From a virus, in IMG/VR virus record IMGVR_UViG_3300021168_000026, positions 5,255-69,254 of that record: a stretch of DNA of 64,000 nucleotides, one strand, 5' to 3'. The position numbers were made by a program, and so were the translations under genes. Each line of letters starts with the position of its first letter. The stretch's first letter is position 1. Positions 31,026-41,098 of the stretch are shown here, one piece after another. The notes under the pieces are model-generated. The model did no database searches and had not been told where the DNA came from. It saw nothing but the letters and a program-made list of their open reading frames with translations.

Positions 31026-31621
31026 AGGGAAAACTAATCGGATTGACCGGCCTGGCCGGGGCCGGGAAATCGACCGCCGCTAAAATTCTCGTTGAGCGCC
31101 ACGGCTTCGTCGAGGTCGCCTTCGCCGACAGGCTCAAAAAGCTAGTTGGTGAACTGTTTGGGTTCACTAAAGACCAGCTCTGGGGGCCCTCTTCGATAAG
31201 AAATGAGCCCGACAAGCGCTACCCGCGCGCTGACGGCTCCTACCTCACGCCGCGTGAGGCTCTCCAGAAGTTTGGCACCGAGGCTGGCCGTAGCTGCTAT
31301 GAGAACATCTGGGTCGATGAAGCGATCAAGACAGCCAGGTGGCACCTATCAGGAGAGATAGACATCGGCGGAGGTAATACCGCGCGGGGTGTCGTCATCA
31401 GCGATGTTCGCTTTCCGGGAGAGGTTCGAGCCATCAAAGCCGAGGGCGGCCAAGTCTGGTCGATCGAGCGCTCCGGAGCCTCAGGTCTCGCTGGGGAAGC
31501 TGGCCGTCACCTCAGCGAGAACGCGCTATCGGGGTGGGTGTTCAACAAGGTCTTGCGAAATGAGGGGCCGCTTGAGGAGCTACCCCGATTGGTTGCCGAG
31601 GCATTGGAGGAGTCGCTATGA
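31019..31621 (+). CDS. Deoxynucleoside monophosphate kinase
   Basis: GLAGAGKST, FAD.LK, PR..LQ.FGTE.GR, VISDVRF..E. Confidence 0.9.
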   Translation: MVKGKLIGLTGLAGAGKSTAAKILVERHGFVEVAFADRLKKLVGELFGFTKDQLWGPSSIRNEPDKRYPRADGSYLTPREALQKFGTEAGRSCYENIWVDEAIKTARWHLSGEIDIGGGNTARGVVISDVRFPGEVRAIKAEGGQVWSIERSGASGLAGEAGRHLSENALSGWVFNKVLRNEGPLEELPRLVAEALEESL

Positions 31622-31725
31622 AGGCCGAGCTAGAGAGCATCATCCGGTGGTGGAGGAATAGCGTGCGGTGGCGTCTCTTTTGGCATAACTGGGATGGCAT
31701 CGAGCGCTCCAATTGGAGGGCCTAA

Positions 31726-32241
31726 ATGCGCCCCTCATTTGACGAGATCTTTCTCGATCTAGCTGTCTCCCTCGCACGGCGCTCCACCTGCCGCCGCCTG
31801 CAAGTCGGCTGTGTCATCACGAGCGTCGACCACCGCCAGGTCTTTGCGGTCGGCTATAACGGTAACGCTACCGGTGAAGCCAACGATTGCGATCGTCATG
31901 GAGAGGAAGCTGTAGGGAACTGCGGCTGCATCCACTCGGAGGCGAACGCCGCGGTCAATTGTGTTGCCCCTCGGAGGGAGCGGAAGTTCGTCTACTGCAC
32001 CCACCTGCCTTGTGTGGCATGCACCAAGCTCCTCATCAACTTGGGAGGCGTCCAGCTCGTAGTCTTCAAGGACTGGTACCGTAAGACAGACTCACTCGAT
32101 CTGCTCGGCCGCAATGGAATTCAAACACTCCACATGCAAAAGACCGATCGCGATCAGCTCGAAGAAAACTTGCGGGTGACGCAGGAGAGATGCACCGAGC
32201 TGCTTGAAGAAGCACGGCGTTTGAGGGGAGACGGGGCATGA
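31726..32241 (+). CDS. dCMP deaminase family protein
   Basis: RSTC.R.QVG, GYNG, HSEANA, PC..C. Confidence 0.9.
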   Translation: MRPSFDEIFLDLAVSLARRSTCRRLQVGCVITSVDHRQVFAVGYNGNATGEANDCDRHGEEAVGNCGCIHSEANAAVNCVAPRRERKFVYCTHLPCVACTKLLINLGGVQLVVFKDWYRKTDSLDLLGRNGIQTLHMQKTDRDQLEENLRVTQERCTELLEEARRLRGDGA

Positions 32242-32987
32242 GGGTATCGTTGTTGGATCACGGCTACCTTGAAGCGGTGACCTTCTGGGGCAGCGAGGAG
32301 GAGATCATCTCCGCTGCTAGAATGTCGACGGGCAAAGGCTTCCTCGGCTGGAGAAAATGTGAGGCTTGTGGGGCCTACGATTCTCAGACCGGTTGCTCAG
32401 AGAATGGCGGCGTGCACCATTGGGTGTCGGCTGACGAGAAGCTGCTCCGGTATCTCTACACGAACGGCCACATGACGCCGTTCGAGATGGCCGGCGCGAC
32501 GTTCGAAGTACAAGCGCCTATCTTCGTCTTCCGGGAATGGCATCGTCATAGGGTACCGTTCAGCTACAATGAAATGTCAGCAAGATATGCCCCGTTGCCC
32601 GATCTGAACTACGTACCATCTCTAGAGAGATTGGCTATAGGCGGTGGGCCAAGTAAGCAGGATCAATCTCTCGGCGGTAAGGTTTTAGACCGTGAGGCCG
32701 CGAAAGAATTTCGAGAGGTGCTTGCCAGCACCAATCTTATTATTGAGGGCATTTATCAGAAAGCTCTACGCACCGGAGTGCCGAAGGAGCTCGCCCGCCT
32801 CGTCCTGCCCGTCGGCCGGTATTCGAAGATGCGCGTCAGCTCGAATCTCCGTGGGTGGCTAAACTTCCTGAAGCTCCGCGAGGCCCCCAACGCTCAATAC
32901 GAAATTCGCGTTTATGCCGAGGCACTCCACAAGATGCTGGCCGAGAAGTTCCCCCGGACCCTCGGCCTGTTTGAGGAAGGTAGATGA
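32238..32987 (+). CDS. thyX: Flavin-dependent thymidylate synthase
   Basis: H.TPFE, REWHRHR...SYNEMSARY, E.AR.VLP, AQYEIR. Confidence 0.93.
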   Translation: MRVSLLDHGYLEAVTFWGSEEEIISAARMSTGKGFLGWRKCEACGAYDSQTGCSENGGVHHWVSADEKLLRYLYTNGHMTPFEMAGATFEVQAPIFVFREWHRHRVPFSYNEMSARYAPLPDLNYVPSLERLAIGGGPSKQDQSLGGKVLDREAAKEFREVLASTNLIIEGIYQKALRTGVPKELARLVLPVGRYSKMRVSSNLRGWLNFLKLREAPNAQYEIRVYAEALHKMLAEKFPRTLGLFEEGR

Positions 32988-33310
32988 CCAACCTTCAACT
33001 TGAGGTCTTGCAGGAGTTCGCTGAGGCGCAATACAAAGGTCTCCCTCCCCGATTGAAGCAGAAGTGGCCCGGCCTCTCTAGGATTGAGAACTCCCGCAAA
33101 GAAGTCTACAGACGAGCCTCGACTAAAAAAGAGAAAGCCAAGCGTCAGCCGAACAACTACCAGCCTAGCATCATCGTTGTTGAGGTTTGCCCCTCGTGCG
33201 GGCAACTCGCTGAGAGAAGAGAAGGCCTCCGAGGGCTGGTGCATAAGAACGGCAGCAGTGGTAAGGGTTGCGCTCCACTTTGGTCAACACACTGGAAGGA
33301 AGCACAATGA
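32984..33310 (+). CDS. Hypothetical basic protein
   Basis: Coupled ORF with CPSC. Confidence 0.5.
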   Translation: MTNLQLEVLQEFAEAQYKGLPPRLKQKWPGLSRIENSRKEVYRRASTKKEKAKRQPNNYQPSIIVVEVCPSCGQLAERREGLRGLVHKNGSSGKGCAPLWSTHWKEAQ

Positions 33311-33732
33311 GAGTCTTCGTATCAGGCGCGAGCGCAGAGCGAACGATGATCAAATCGTTCATGGATTCTTTGAGAGCCGTGGGGGTTGAGATCACCGTCG
33401 ACTGGATCAAGGCTATCGAGGAAGAGGGCACGGCCAACGTCGGCCTTACCGCAGCCAAGATGCTCCACTACGCGCAGATGGATCTTAGCGGCGTCGATCA
33501 AGCCGATGTCGTCTGGACTCTCATCCCGAACAACAACTCCAAGGGCTGCTGGGTGGAGCTCGGCTACGCCTTCGGCAAGGGCAAGCTCGTCGTGACGAGC
33601 GGCAATGAGGAGGCCTCGATCTTCACGGCGATGTCGCACGCTCACTTCAAGACCCACGGGGAGGCACTCGCCGCGGTCATCGAGAAACACCATCAGAGAC
33701 GCTCGCTGGAGGCATTGAACGCCCATGGCTGA
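33307..33732 (+). CDS. Nucleoside 2-deoxyribosyltransferase-like protein
   Basis: VFVSG, DL..V.QAD, S.GCWVELGYA. Confidence 0.75.
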   Translation: MRVFVSGASAERTMIKSFMDSLRAVGVEITVDWIKAIEEEGTANVGLTAAKMLHYAQMDLSGVDQADVVWTLIPNNNSKGCWVELGYAFGKGKLVVTSGNEEASIFTAMSHAHFKTHGEALAAVIEKHHQRRSLEALNAHG

Positions 33733-33904
33733 TTTCGAGGCTTTCATCTGCCGCGGATGCGTTACGCTCACAACGAGGCCGTTTGTCTTAGGTAAACTCG
33801 AACCCAAACCTGCCTGCCCTACTTGCTCGAAGCCCATGCTCCAAGTTGGGCCGGAGACCATACGGGAGATGCTCGAAGCCCAAGAAAAGGCTAAGCTTCC
33901 CTGA
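33725..33904 (+). CDS. Small zinc-ribbon protein (59 aa, absent from ORF track)
   Basis: MADFEAFICRGC...CPTC...; TGATG overlap with the next gene. Confidence 0.55.
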   Translation: MADFEAFICRGCVTLTTRPFVLGKLEPKPACPTCSKPMLQVGPETIREMLEAQEKAKLP

Positions 33905-35481
33905 TGCTGATCACCGAGGCGGGCCTTTCGTGGAGGGAGCGGCACGACGGCGTATGGGTAGCCGACGGCGCGGGAGGCCGCTACGAGCTCAAACCTGGCA
34001 AGGGTGGCTATGCAGTTTGGTGGATCACTTTCACCCCCGGCGTTGAAGACAAGCACATCGGCCGGGCCGCCAACCTCACCGAAGCCATGGCCAAGGCTCG
34101 TGACTACTACCCCGGCCTCCACCAACAAGCCGCCGAGAAAATTGAGCCGGCCACACAGCCTTACGCGGTGCCTGCTCGTCCAGGCATGGGGGCATCGATT
34201 CAAGACTTTGCCGAGCGCTTCATCTTCGAAGCCGAGGGTGAGCAGCATAGAGAAGGCGACACTCGGCCGCAGCTTATCGCCGAGACCCTCGAAGCGGCTC
34301 TCAACATCACCTCAATAAGCGAGATACTAGGCAGCGGTAGCTACGGGCTCGCGGGCCTCCTACCAAACGGGAAGGTTATCAAGCTGACGCGCGACGAGAC
34401 TGAAGTGAAGGCGGGGTCGGTCCTCATCGGTAAGCACTTGCCCCACGTAGTCGACGTCTACGGTAGCTACTTTCTCCGGGGGGTCCACGTCGAGGGCGAC
34501 TCCGGGGAGGGCGAGCGTGAAGGCTCCAAGGTTGGAGTCTTGCTGATGGAGAAACTCGATCACGATCCTGACGTACCCGGTGCCCGTCGAATCCGCGAGA
34601 TTGTAGTCCGGGTCAAAAACTCCTATGAAGTCTGGCCTTATGCCTTGAGCAAGCTGACCTACGGCAAAGCTCGCAAGCGTCTTGAGAAGGCCTCGACCGA
34701 ATTGGAAGCCGAGCTACGCGGCCTTGGGCAGCGGTTGGAGGAAGAACAACAGGCGAAGCTCCTTGTTGATGTTGCCGAGGGCATCAAGGAGCTCAGACAG
34801 CTTGGGGTCTACGCGATCGACACCCATCCGGGAAATGTCGGCAAGAGCCTCACTACACGCAATTTCAAGCTGTTTGACGTCGGCTCGAGTAGCCCTCCTC
34901 CGAGCGCCAAGCCTAAGATATTGGCCGCAAGAGAGTGCCCCGCCATGGCCGGGGAGAGCGTCTTCACGATGGAGATAGGCTCGGGCACCTGCCAGCACAC
35001 GCACCCGCCGGAGGTTCCAAGCCTCCCTTGTCCGCCCGCTGTAGCTGCCGAGGCAGTGCCGGTCATCCACGAGAAGCCAGTAATCGGCAAGATCGTCTCC
35101 CCCAAAGAGGTCTACGCGCTCTGCCACAAACAGCTACTCGCCGAGACCCAAGAGATATTTCTAGTCATACCTCTCAACATTCATGGAGAAGTTTGCTCCA
35201 AGGATGGAAAGCCGGTCTTGGTGGCGAAGGGGCAGCGCGATCGGGTCCATGTCGATAACGCCGATATCCTCCGGCCGGTGATTGAGACCAACGCCGCGGG
35301 CTTCCTTGTTGTGCACCAACACCCGAGTGGTCATTGCAAGCCCTCGGAGGCTGACCGAGCCCTCACCGTAAGCATCAAGAAGGCATGCGAGCCCCACACT
35401 TTCCGGATGCTTGACCATGTAGTTATTGGTAGGAGCCAAGCCTACAGCATCGAGGAAGACAGGCTTTACAAGATTCGTTGA
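33904..35481 (+). CDS. Protein-kinase-like domain fused to RadC/JAB domain
   Basis: LGSGSYG, VIK, E, MEKL, DTHPGNV, FDVG; then QE.F, HQHPSG..PS.AD, LDHVVIG. Confidence 0.8.
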   Translation: MLITEAGLSWRERHDGVWVADGAGGRYELKPGKGGYAVWWITFTPGVEDKHIGRAANLTEAMAKARDYYPGLHQQAAEKIEPATQPYAVPARPGMGASIQDFAERFIFEAEGEQHREGDTRPQLIAETLEAALNITSISEILGSGSYGLAGLLPNGKVIKLTRDETEVKAGSVLIGKHLPHVVDVYGSYFLRGVHVEGDSGEGEREGSKVGVLLMEKLDHDPDVPGARRIREIVVRVKNSYEVWPYALSKLTYGKARKRLEKASTELEAELRGLGQRLEEEQQAKLLVDVAEGIKELRQLGVYAIDTHPGNVGKSLTTRNFKLFDVGSSSPPPSAKPKILAARECPAMAGESVFTMEIGSGTCQHTHPPEVPSLPCPPAVAAEAVPVIHEKPVIGKIVSPKEVYALCHKQLLAETQEIFLVIPLNIHGEVCSKDGKPVLVAKGQRDRVHVDNADILRPVIETNAAGFLVVHQHPSGHCKPSEADRALTVSIKKACEPHTFRMLDHVVIGRSQAYSIEEDRLYKIR

Positions 35482-35542
35482 AGCCTTAGCTTGGGGCAAC
35501 CCCAAACCTTGGGGTCATCCAACCTTTTTGATGGAGATCTGC

Positions 35543-36127
35543 ATGCCGTCATTGTCCGACGTGTACAAGGAAATTGAGGAGCTCTCCGGGCTCGAGGTAG
35601 CGTCGCTGCCGCTATTGCTGGTGGCTACCTGGCTCCCTCGAACGAGCGCCGTCGAGGGCCTGGCTCTCCTCAAAGACAACATAGGCACCCAGATCCCGGA
35701 TATATTGGCCGCGATGAAGCCGACCATGTTCGTGCTCGGGCAGCCTTCCCCCCTACGGTCGAGAGTATTCGATTCGGAGAAGAAGGCCAAGCTCTCCGCT
35801 GAGCTGACCGTCTTCGCTATCTTCGAGGATGACTCCGAGTTTCGGGTCTACGCGCTCCCTACCTCTGAGTCAGGCGGCGAGACACCCCCGCCCACCCGTT
35901 TCCGGCTCTGCAAGACCGCCGCGGTCTACTCGATCGCCGCGATGAACATCGAGGTCTTCAAGGCCGAGATCGCCGATGAGTGGACCGCCGTCGCCGAGGG
36001 TGTCGCTATCGGCGACGATGAGGGCCTCGATGAAGAGCCTGAAGAGGAGCCCAGCAAGGAAACACTAGCGGTTGAAGAAAGCGCCCCCCAGCCAGTAAGC
36101 TTGCCGGCCACCCCGGTGGTAAGCTGA
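35543..36127 (+). CDS. Acidic hypothetical protein
   Basis: RBS ggag, biased codons. Confidence 0.6.
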   Translation: MPSLSDVYKEIEELSGLEVASLPLLLVATWLPRTSAVEGLALLKDNIGTQIPDILAAMKPTMFVLGQPSPLRSRVFDSEKKAKLSAELTVFAIFEDDSEFRVYALPTSESGGETPPPTRFRLCKTAAVYSIAAMNIEVFKAEIADEWTAVAEGVAIGDDEGLDEEPEEEPSKETLAVEESAPQPVSLPATPVVS

Positions 36128-36131
36128 GCCT

Positions 36132-37250
36132 ATGCCTTTCACCACCGCAACGCTCGTCTACACCGTCATCCAAGGGGGCGGCGCTTCCCTCAACGATCTC
36201 AACACGCTGATGGCCTTACCGCAGGTCCCTCAAGATGTGCTGGCCCAGATCGGGGCCCGGTTGAATTCAGATGTGACCGTCAGCGGCCTGACGGGCGTGA
36301 CTCGTACGATCGGGCTGTCACTCGCCCCCAGCCCTACCGGCGCCGCAACGGCGATACGGCAACCTAACGGGGGAGCGATCATAGCGGCTATCGTGACAGC
36401 CCCCGGCAAGGGGTACAGCGCCATTCCTCTCATCACTACGCCTCCCCCGGACAAGACCGAGCCCGGAGAGCCGAGAGGCTTCCGAGGGGCTAAGTTCCTC
36501 GGCAGGCTTGATGTCCAAGACGTCGCCGTGGTCAACGCGGGAGACGGGTATGGCGGATCAGTCCAAGCTCGGTTTGTTGGAGGGTTGCAGCCGCCCCGGG
36601 TGGACCCAGCGACCGGTGTCTTGAATGCGCAGTCGTGCGTTCAGGGTATGACGATCGTCGCCCAAGGCCGAGGCTACTCCTCGTTTGCGCAAGTGCAGTT
36701 TGAGGGCTCTACTGTTGTGGGGGGAAGATTACCTCGAGCAGGGTTGGTGCTCGATAGCAAGGGCCGAGTCATAAAGCTCAACATCGTTGACTCCGGTCAG
36801 GGGATGCTCGAAGTGCCGAGCGCGTTCGTTTGGGACCCCGGCCCGGCCAAGGACGGCAAAAACGGTGGCAAGGGTGCCGTCTTGTCAGTGCAGATGGGCA
36901 TCGGTACCGTAGCTACGGCAACCGTCGGAGTGGCAGCGGGTAGTATTACCGGTCTGACTATCGTCAACGCTGGGGGCCCTTACACCGCGATGCCCCAGAT
37001 CATCCTGAGTGATACGAGTGGAACACCCGCGGTTGTAGTGCCGCTGATGGGCCTCCACTCGATCGAAGTGCTCGACCCCGGTGAAGGCTACGCCATTGAC
37101 CCGGCTATTACCGTGACGAGCGCCTTCAATGACTACTACGCCGGGTCGACTGCGGCCCAAGCGGCCCTCGCGTTCGGTGACTTGATGAAGACGTTGCTGG
37201 AGGTTTCGGTGAAATCCCCGGTTGCCGCCGCGACTCCTATCGTCACTTGA
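36132..37250 (+). CDS. Putative virion protein with repeated (I/V)xxxGxGY beta modules
   Basis: About six G.GY-type units. Confidence 0.6.
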   Translation: MPFTTATLVYTVIQGGGASLNDLNTLMALPQVPQDVLAQIGARLNSDVTVSGLTGVTRTIGLSLAPSPTGAATAIRQPNGGAIIAAIVTAPGKGYSAIPLITTPPPDKTEPGEPRGFRGAKFLGRLDVQDVAVVNAGDGYGGSVQARFVGGLQPPRVDPATGVLNAQSCVQGMTIVAQGRGYSSFAQVQFEGSTVVGGRLPRAGLVLDSKGRVIKLNIVDSGQGMLEVPSAFVWDPGPAKDGKNGGKGAVLSVQMGIGTVATATVGVAAGSITGLTIVNAGGPYTAMPQIILSDTSGTPAVVVPLMGLHSIEVLDPGEGYAIDPAITVTSAFNDYYAGSTAAQAALAFGDLMKTLLEVSVKSPVAAATPIVT

Positions 37251-37261
37251 GAGGAGACTCT

Positions 37262-38746
37262 ATGGCTCGAAAGCCCCAAGAGCTCGACGAGCTCGATGAT
37301 GATCTCGATGAGGATGAGTCTGAGGAAGAGGAGCTTGAAGAGGAAAATGAGCCGCAGGCCCAGATAGCTCCTCAGCCGGCCCCCGCGGTATTACCTCAGG
37401 TCAGCGCGCCGACGCAGCGGCCTGCCCAAGCCCACCCTCGGCGGAAGACCCGAGCCAAGGCCAACGGTCTAGGCGCAGTGGTTGGGGATGTTGCCTGGAA
37501 AAATAAAGATGCAGACCTCATGCTGGGCGAAATGCTTGAGCGTCTGAATCGCGATGGTCACTCCCCCTATGAGCTCTCAATTGGAGTCCTCGACCTCAAT
37601 CCGTCTGGCGGGGGGCAAGCTGTCAAATTGGGCTCGTTCGAGATGGCCTCGGTGGTCGGCGACCAATCTCTCTCCCCCGGTGATGCTCTGACAAGAAAGG
37701 TGGAGGACGACTTCCATCTCGCGTCGGGCAAGCTTGGCGGAGGTCTCTACGAGCTGCGGTTCATGTGGAAGGTGAACTCCCAGGTCTACGGTCGAGGGCG
37801 ACTCAGCGTACCGCCGCGAGACCAGCTTCTGCGGATGCGTGCGAGCGCGATGCAGCAAGGCCAGCCCCAGCCTGGGTTTGGTCAACCTTTTGATCCATGG
37901 GGTAGACCAGCACAACCCCCGCAGGGATTCGGCAGCCCGCCTCCAGGGTGGGGTTATGGTCCTCCCCCTACTTGGGGCCAGCCTCCTCCTTACTACTCCC
38001 CGCAGCAGATGCCTCAGGCCCCCCAGGGGATGAATCCTGACACCAAGCACCTCGTCGATACGCTGATCAATCAGCTCAACGAGACGCGCAACGAGCTCGC
38101 GCAGATGCGCAAGGAGCCACCCCCGGCACCCGTTGTAGCGCCACCCTCGGTGGGAGTTGGTGCTCCACCCCAGGCTAGCTTGGAGGAGACGGTGACACGC
38201 GCGGTCTCAGCGGCGATGGGCGCACTCCTACCTCACCTGAGGCCCCAGCAATCCCAAAGCAGCTTGGAGGGTGACCTCACCAAGGCAACGAGCGCGATGC
38301 TGGGAGGATTGATGCAGGCCGCGGTCAAGCGGCTCGGCCAAAACCTCCAGCAAGGTATCTCCCAAGGTCTAGGGGCCCCGGTAGAGATGCCGGCACCCGA
38401 AGACCCCGAAACAGAGCTAGTACCTCCCCCCGATCCTTCCGACGATCTTCCGTTCAAGCAAGTGAAGCTCGAAGCCACATGGCCCGACGGCCGCAACGTG
38501 TATTACCCAGCGAAAAAAGAAGACGGGTCCACCGATTGGCTAGGGGCGCTCTTCACTAACCCTTGGGTGACTGAGAAGCTCGTCGACAATGTCAACAACA
38601 TGGTGGGCAGCGTCGCCGACGCGGTCAAGCGCGTGGGGGTTGCCGGCCCGCACATCGTGCACCACACGCCCAAGGCGGCTCAGGATGCGACTCCTCAGCC
38701 CGAGGCACCCAAGCCGGGGCTAGGATCAGGCGGCTGGGATGAGTAG
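37262..38746 (+). CDS. Acidic, Pro/Gln-rich protein, possible scaffold/assembly factor
   Basis: Poly-acidic N-terminus, PQ-rich middle, repeated G[LFV]G motifs. Confidence 0.6.
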   Translation: MARKPQELDELDDDLDEDESEEEELEEENEPQAQIAPQPAPAVLPQVSAPTQRPAQAHPRRKTRAKANGLGAVVGDVAWKNKDADLMLGEMLERLNRDGHSPYELSIGVLDLNPSGGGQAVKLGSFEMASVVGDQSLSPGDALTRKVEDDFHLASGKLGGGLYELRFMWKVNSQVYGRGRLSVPPRDQLLRMRASAMQQGQPQPGFGQPFDPWGRPAQPPQGFGSPPPGWGYGPPPTWGQPPPYYSPQQMPQAPQGMNPDTKHLVDTLINQLNETRNELAQMRKEPPPAPVVAPPSVGVGAPPQASLEETVTRAVSAAMGALLPHLRPQQSQSSLEGDLTKATSAMLGGLMQAAVKRLGQNLQQGISQGLGAPVEMPAPEDPETELVPPPDPSDDLPFKQVKLEATWPDGRNVYYPAKKEDGSTDWLGALFTNPWVTEKLVDNVNNMVGSVADAVKRVGVAGPHIVHHTPKAAQDATPQPEAPKPGLGSGGWDE

Positions 38747-38776
38747 AAGCTAGCCTTTCATGCTAGGCTTCATCGC

Positions 38777-40249
38777 GTGGCTCAGCTCAACTGGCAGCTC
38801 TCCCCTCGGCCAAGAAGGAAGCTAGGGCTCGGAGAGGGTATCCCATTCGAGCAGTGGGTCCAAGATCCATCCTCACAGGCTGCCCAGGCGTGGGATCAAG
38901 TCCAGGCTCAGCTAGTCGCTGAAGGAGCCCCCTCGGATGCACTGACTGCTGCCAAGGGCGCGTTTGCCGATGCGATCAATCAGGCGACCATCGGCCTCAA
39001 TATCCCCGTCGAGGAGGCGATCAACAACGCCAAGTCGTACGTACTGACGGGCCAGACGATCTTGGGGTACGTCAAGACGGTTCAGGGGTTGGTCAATGAG
39101 GCCCAGGGTATCCACGACGCTCAGACAGCCCTAGCCTTCACCGGGACCCTCATCGGCACTACAGCGACCATCGCCACAGCTGCTGGCGCCGTCTCGGCGG
39201 GTGTCGGGGCCGCGATCGTCGCCGCCGCGGGTGCGATCATTGCGGTACTCGAGGAGCTCCTCGGCCCGGGTAAGCCCCCCGCCGGCACCCAAGTGTGCGG
39301 TGGGTTCTACTGCCAGAACGCCGACTTTACCGTGGGTCCTGTTGGGTTAGGTGGGTGCGTCTGCGGTTGGGGGACCGCCATCGCGCCGGGCAGCGCCGAT
39401 TGGCGGAGCTTCCCCGACTACTCCAAGGCCGAGGACAAAATCTGGTTCACGTGGAGCGCCTCGGATGTTGACTTCGACTGGGGCAAGTCGGCGAACGTCG
39501 CTCACTACAAGAGCCGAGCTGGGTATCGACCGATCGATGCAGCCTTCCAAGCTTACAATCACCTGGAAGCTGACTTCGGCTTCCCGTTTGGTGGGAAGTT
39601 CCAACCGCTGCCCTACATCCTGAACGAGTTCAACATGGCGTGGATCAGTGCGTGGAAGGCCAACGCTGCCTACGCGCTGAACGGCCTCAAGCCCCAAGAC
39701 GATGGGGCTGTTCTCATGCGGCTACTCCGAACGTGGAACCAGGCCCACGAGGACTCCTCGGTTTTTCTCTTAGCCCCAGTGCCGGTGACACCGATCCAGG
39801 CCGCGTTGCCCGTCGTCAACCCATACAACCCCGCGACGACTACCTTCCGGCCGCCATTCACGACCTACTTGGAGATGATCGCGAACAAGATCACCGCGAG
39901 CACTAATGATCCCTCCCTCGTCAGAGATGGGAAGCTACTGATCCATACTGGCGCTAGGAAGACCCCGCCGGTGGCCTCGGTGGGTGGCGGCGGCACACAG
40001 CCGTATTACGGGGGCGGCGGTGACAAGGGCAGCACTACACCAACAGCGAGTGGCTCGGGAAGTAGCGCTGCGGCGACGGTAGCCAAGACTGCCGGGGGAG
40101 TGGGGCTAGTCACGGTGCTCGGTATCGGCGCCTTCGCGCTCGTCAAGCACGTAGCCTTCGCCAAGGCCGCCGAGAAGCTCTACGATCTCTCAATCGGCCG
40201 AGGGGTAAAGGTAGCCGCTAAGGCCTATCGCAAAGCGCGGCGCAAGTGA
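38777..40249 (+). CDS. Membrane-associated putative virion protein
   Basis: Internal Ala/Gly hydrophobic hairpin, C-terminal TM and basic tail. Confidence 0.6.
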   Translation: MAQLNWQLSPRPRRKLGLGEGIPFEQWVQDPSSQAAQAWDQVQAQLVAEGAPSDALTAAKGAFADAINQATIGLNIPVEEAINNAKSYVLTGQTILGYVKTVQGLVNEAQGIHDAQTALAFTGTLIGTTATIATAAGAVSAGVGAAIVAAAGAIIAVLEELLGPGKPPAGTQVCGGFYCQNADFTVGPVGLGGCVCGWGTAIAPGSADWRSFPDYSKAEDKIWFTWSASDVDFDWGKSANVAHYKSRAGYRPIDAAFQAYNHLEADFGFPFGGKFQPLPYILNEFNMAWISAWKANAAYALNGLKPQDDGAVLMRLLRTWNQAHEDSSVFLLAPVPVTPIQAALPVVNPYNPATTTFRPPFTTYLEMIANKITASTNDPSLVRDGKLLIHTGARKTPPVASVGGGGTQPYYGGGGDKGSTTPTASGSGSSAAATVAKTAGGVGLVTVLGIGAFALVKHVAFAKAAEKLYDLSIGRGVKVAAKAYRKARRK

Positions 40250-40659
40250 GCTGGCAAGAGCTCCCGCAAGGCCAGACTTTCACACTGCAACCGGGGATGC
40301 TCTACTCGGTTACGGCCAGCGTGAAGCAAACCCATACCCGAGCCGATCTGGTCAACTTCATCCAAGACCAGGGGCTGGTATTACACGAGCTCCAGGACCC
40401 CGCGGCTGGTCAAGCAGCACCAGGGTATCGAGTAGTGGCCATGCAGGCACAAGCTACTCGAGCCACTCAGATTCCCTGGGCCGTGCCCTGGTACTTGCCC
40501 GGAGATAGCTCGACTTTGCTCCACGTCTGGGCCTCACCCCCAGAAAACGGCAACTTGCAGGTCAACACTCAGCCCGGGCCAACCGTCTGGCCGTGGCTCG
40601 TTGCCGTACCTGCTTTGGCCGGCCTAGGCTACCTCTGGTGGAAACGCCGAGGGAGATAG
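40246..40659 (+). CDS. C-terminally anchored membrane protein
   Basis: WPWLVAVPALAGLGYLWW followed by KRRGR. Confidence 0.65.
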   Translation: MSWQELPQGQTFTLQPGMLYSVTASVKQTHTRADLVNFIQDQGLVLHELQDPAAGQAAPGYRVVAMQAQATRATQIPWAVPWYLPGDSSTLLHVWASPPENGNLQVNTQPGPTVWPWLVAVPALAGLGYLWWKRRGR

Positions 40660-40675
40660 TGTAAGATCCTGTCGC

Positions 40676-41098
40676 ATGGCACTTTCTGTCAAGGCCAAGA
40701 AGCGACTCGGCATCGCCGGGGCCGTCACCACGGGGGTAGCGGCCATTTCCGCGGTGCTGTTTTGGCCCAAGAAGGCCTCGGCTGCCCCAGGAGGGTCAAC
40801 ACCGACTTCAGGTCAGCCTCCTCAAGTAACTCCACCTGAGCCACCGCCAGCTCCGCCAATAGTGCCAAGCTCTGGTAATCAGCCCCCGGCCGATTGCCAA
40901 TGGGTGCCCTCGACGAGCGATCCGGCGGCGGTAACGCTCGCGATGGATATCTCCTACCACGACGATCCGATAGCTTGGGTCGATGGCCACACGTATGGCC
41001 CTGTCCAGATCAACGGAAACTGGTGGAGATTCATCATGGGCTGGGGCATCAACACCGGGAAACGTACCAAGGACGTTAGAGCGGAGAAGTGTCAGTGA
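40676..41098 (+). CDS. N-anchored membrane protein (paralog array)
   Basis: Basic N-terminus, TM, Pro linker. Confidence 0.65.
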   Translation: MALSVKAKKRLGIAGAVTTGVAAISAVLFWPKKASAAPGGSTPTSGQPPQVTPPEPPPAPPIVPSSGNQPPADCQWVPSTSDPAAVTLAMDISYHDDPIAWVDGHTYGPVQINGNWWRFIMGWGINTGKRTKDVRAEKCQ

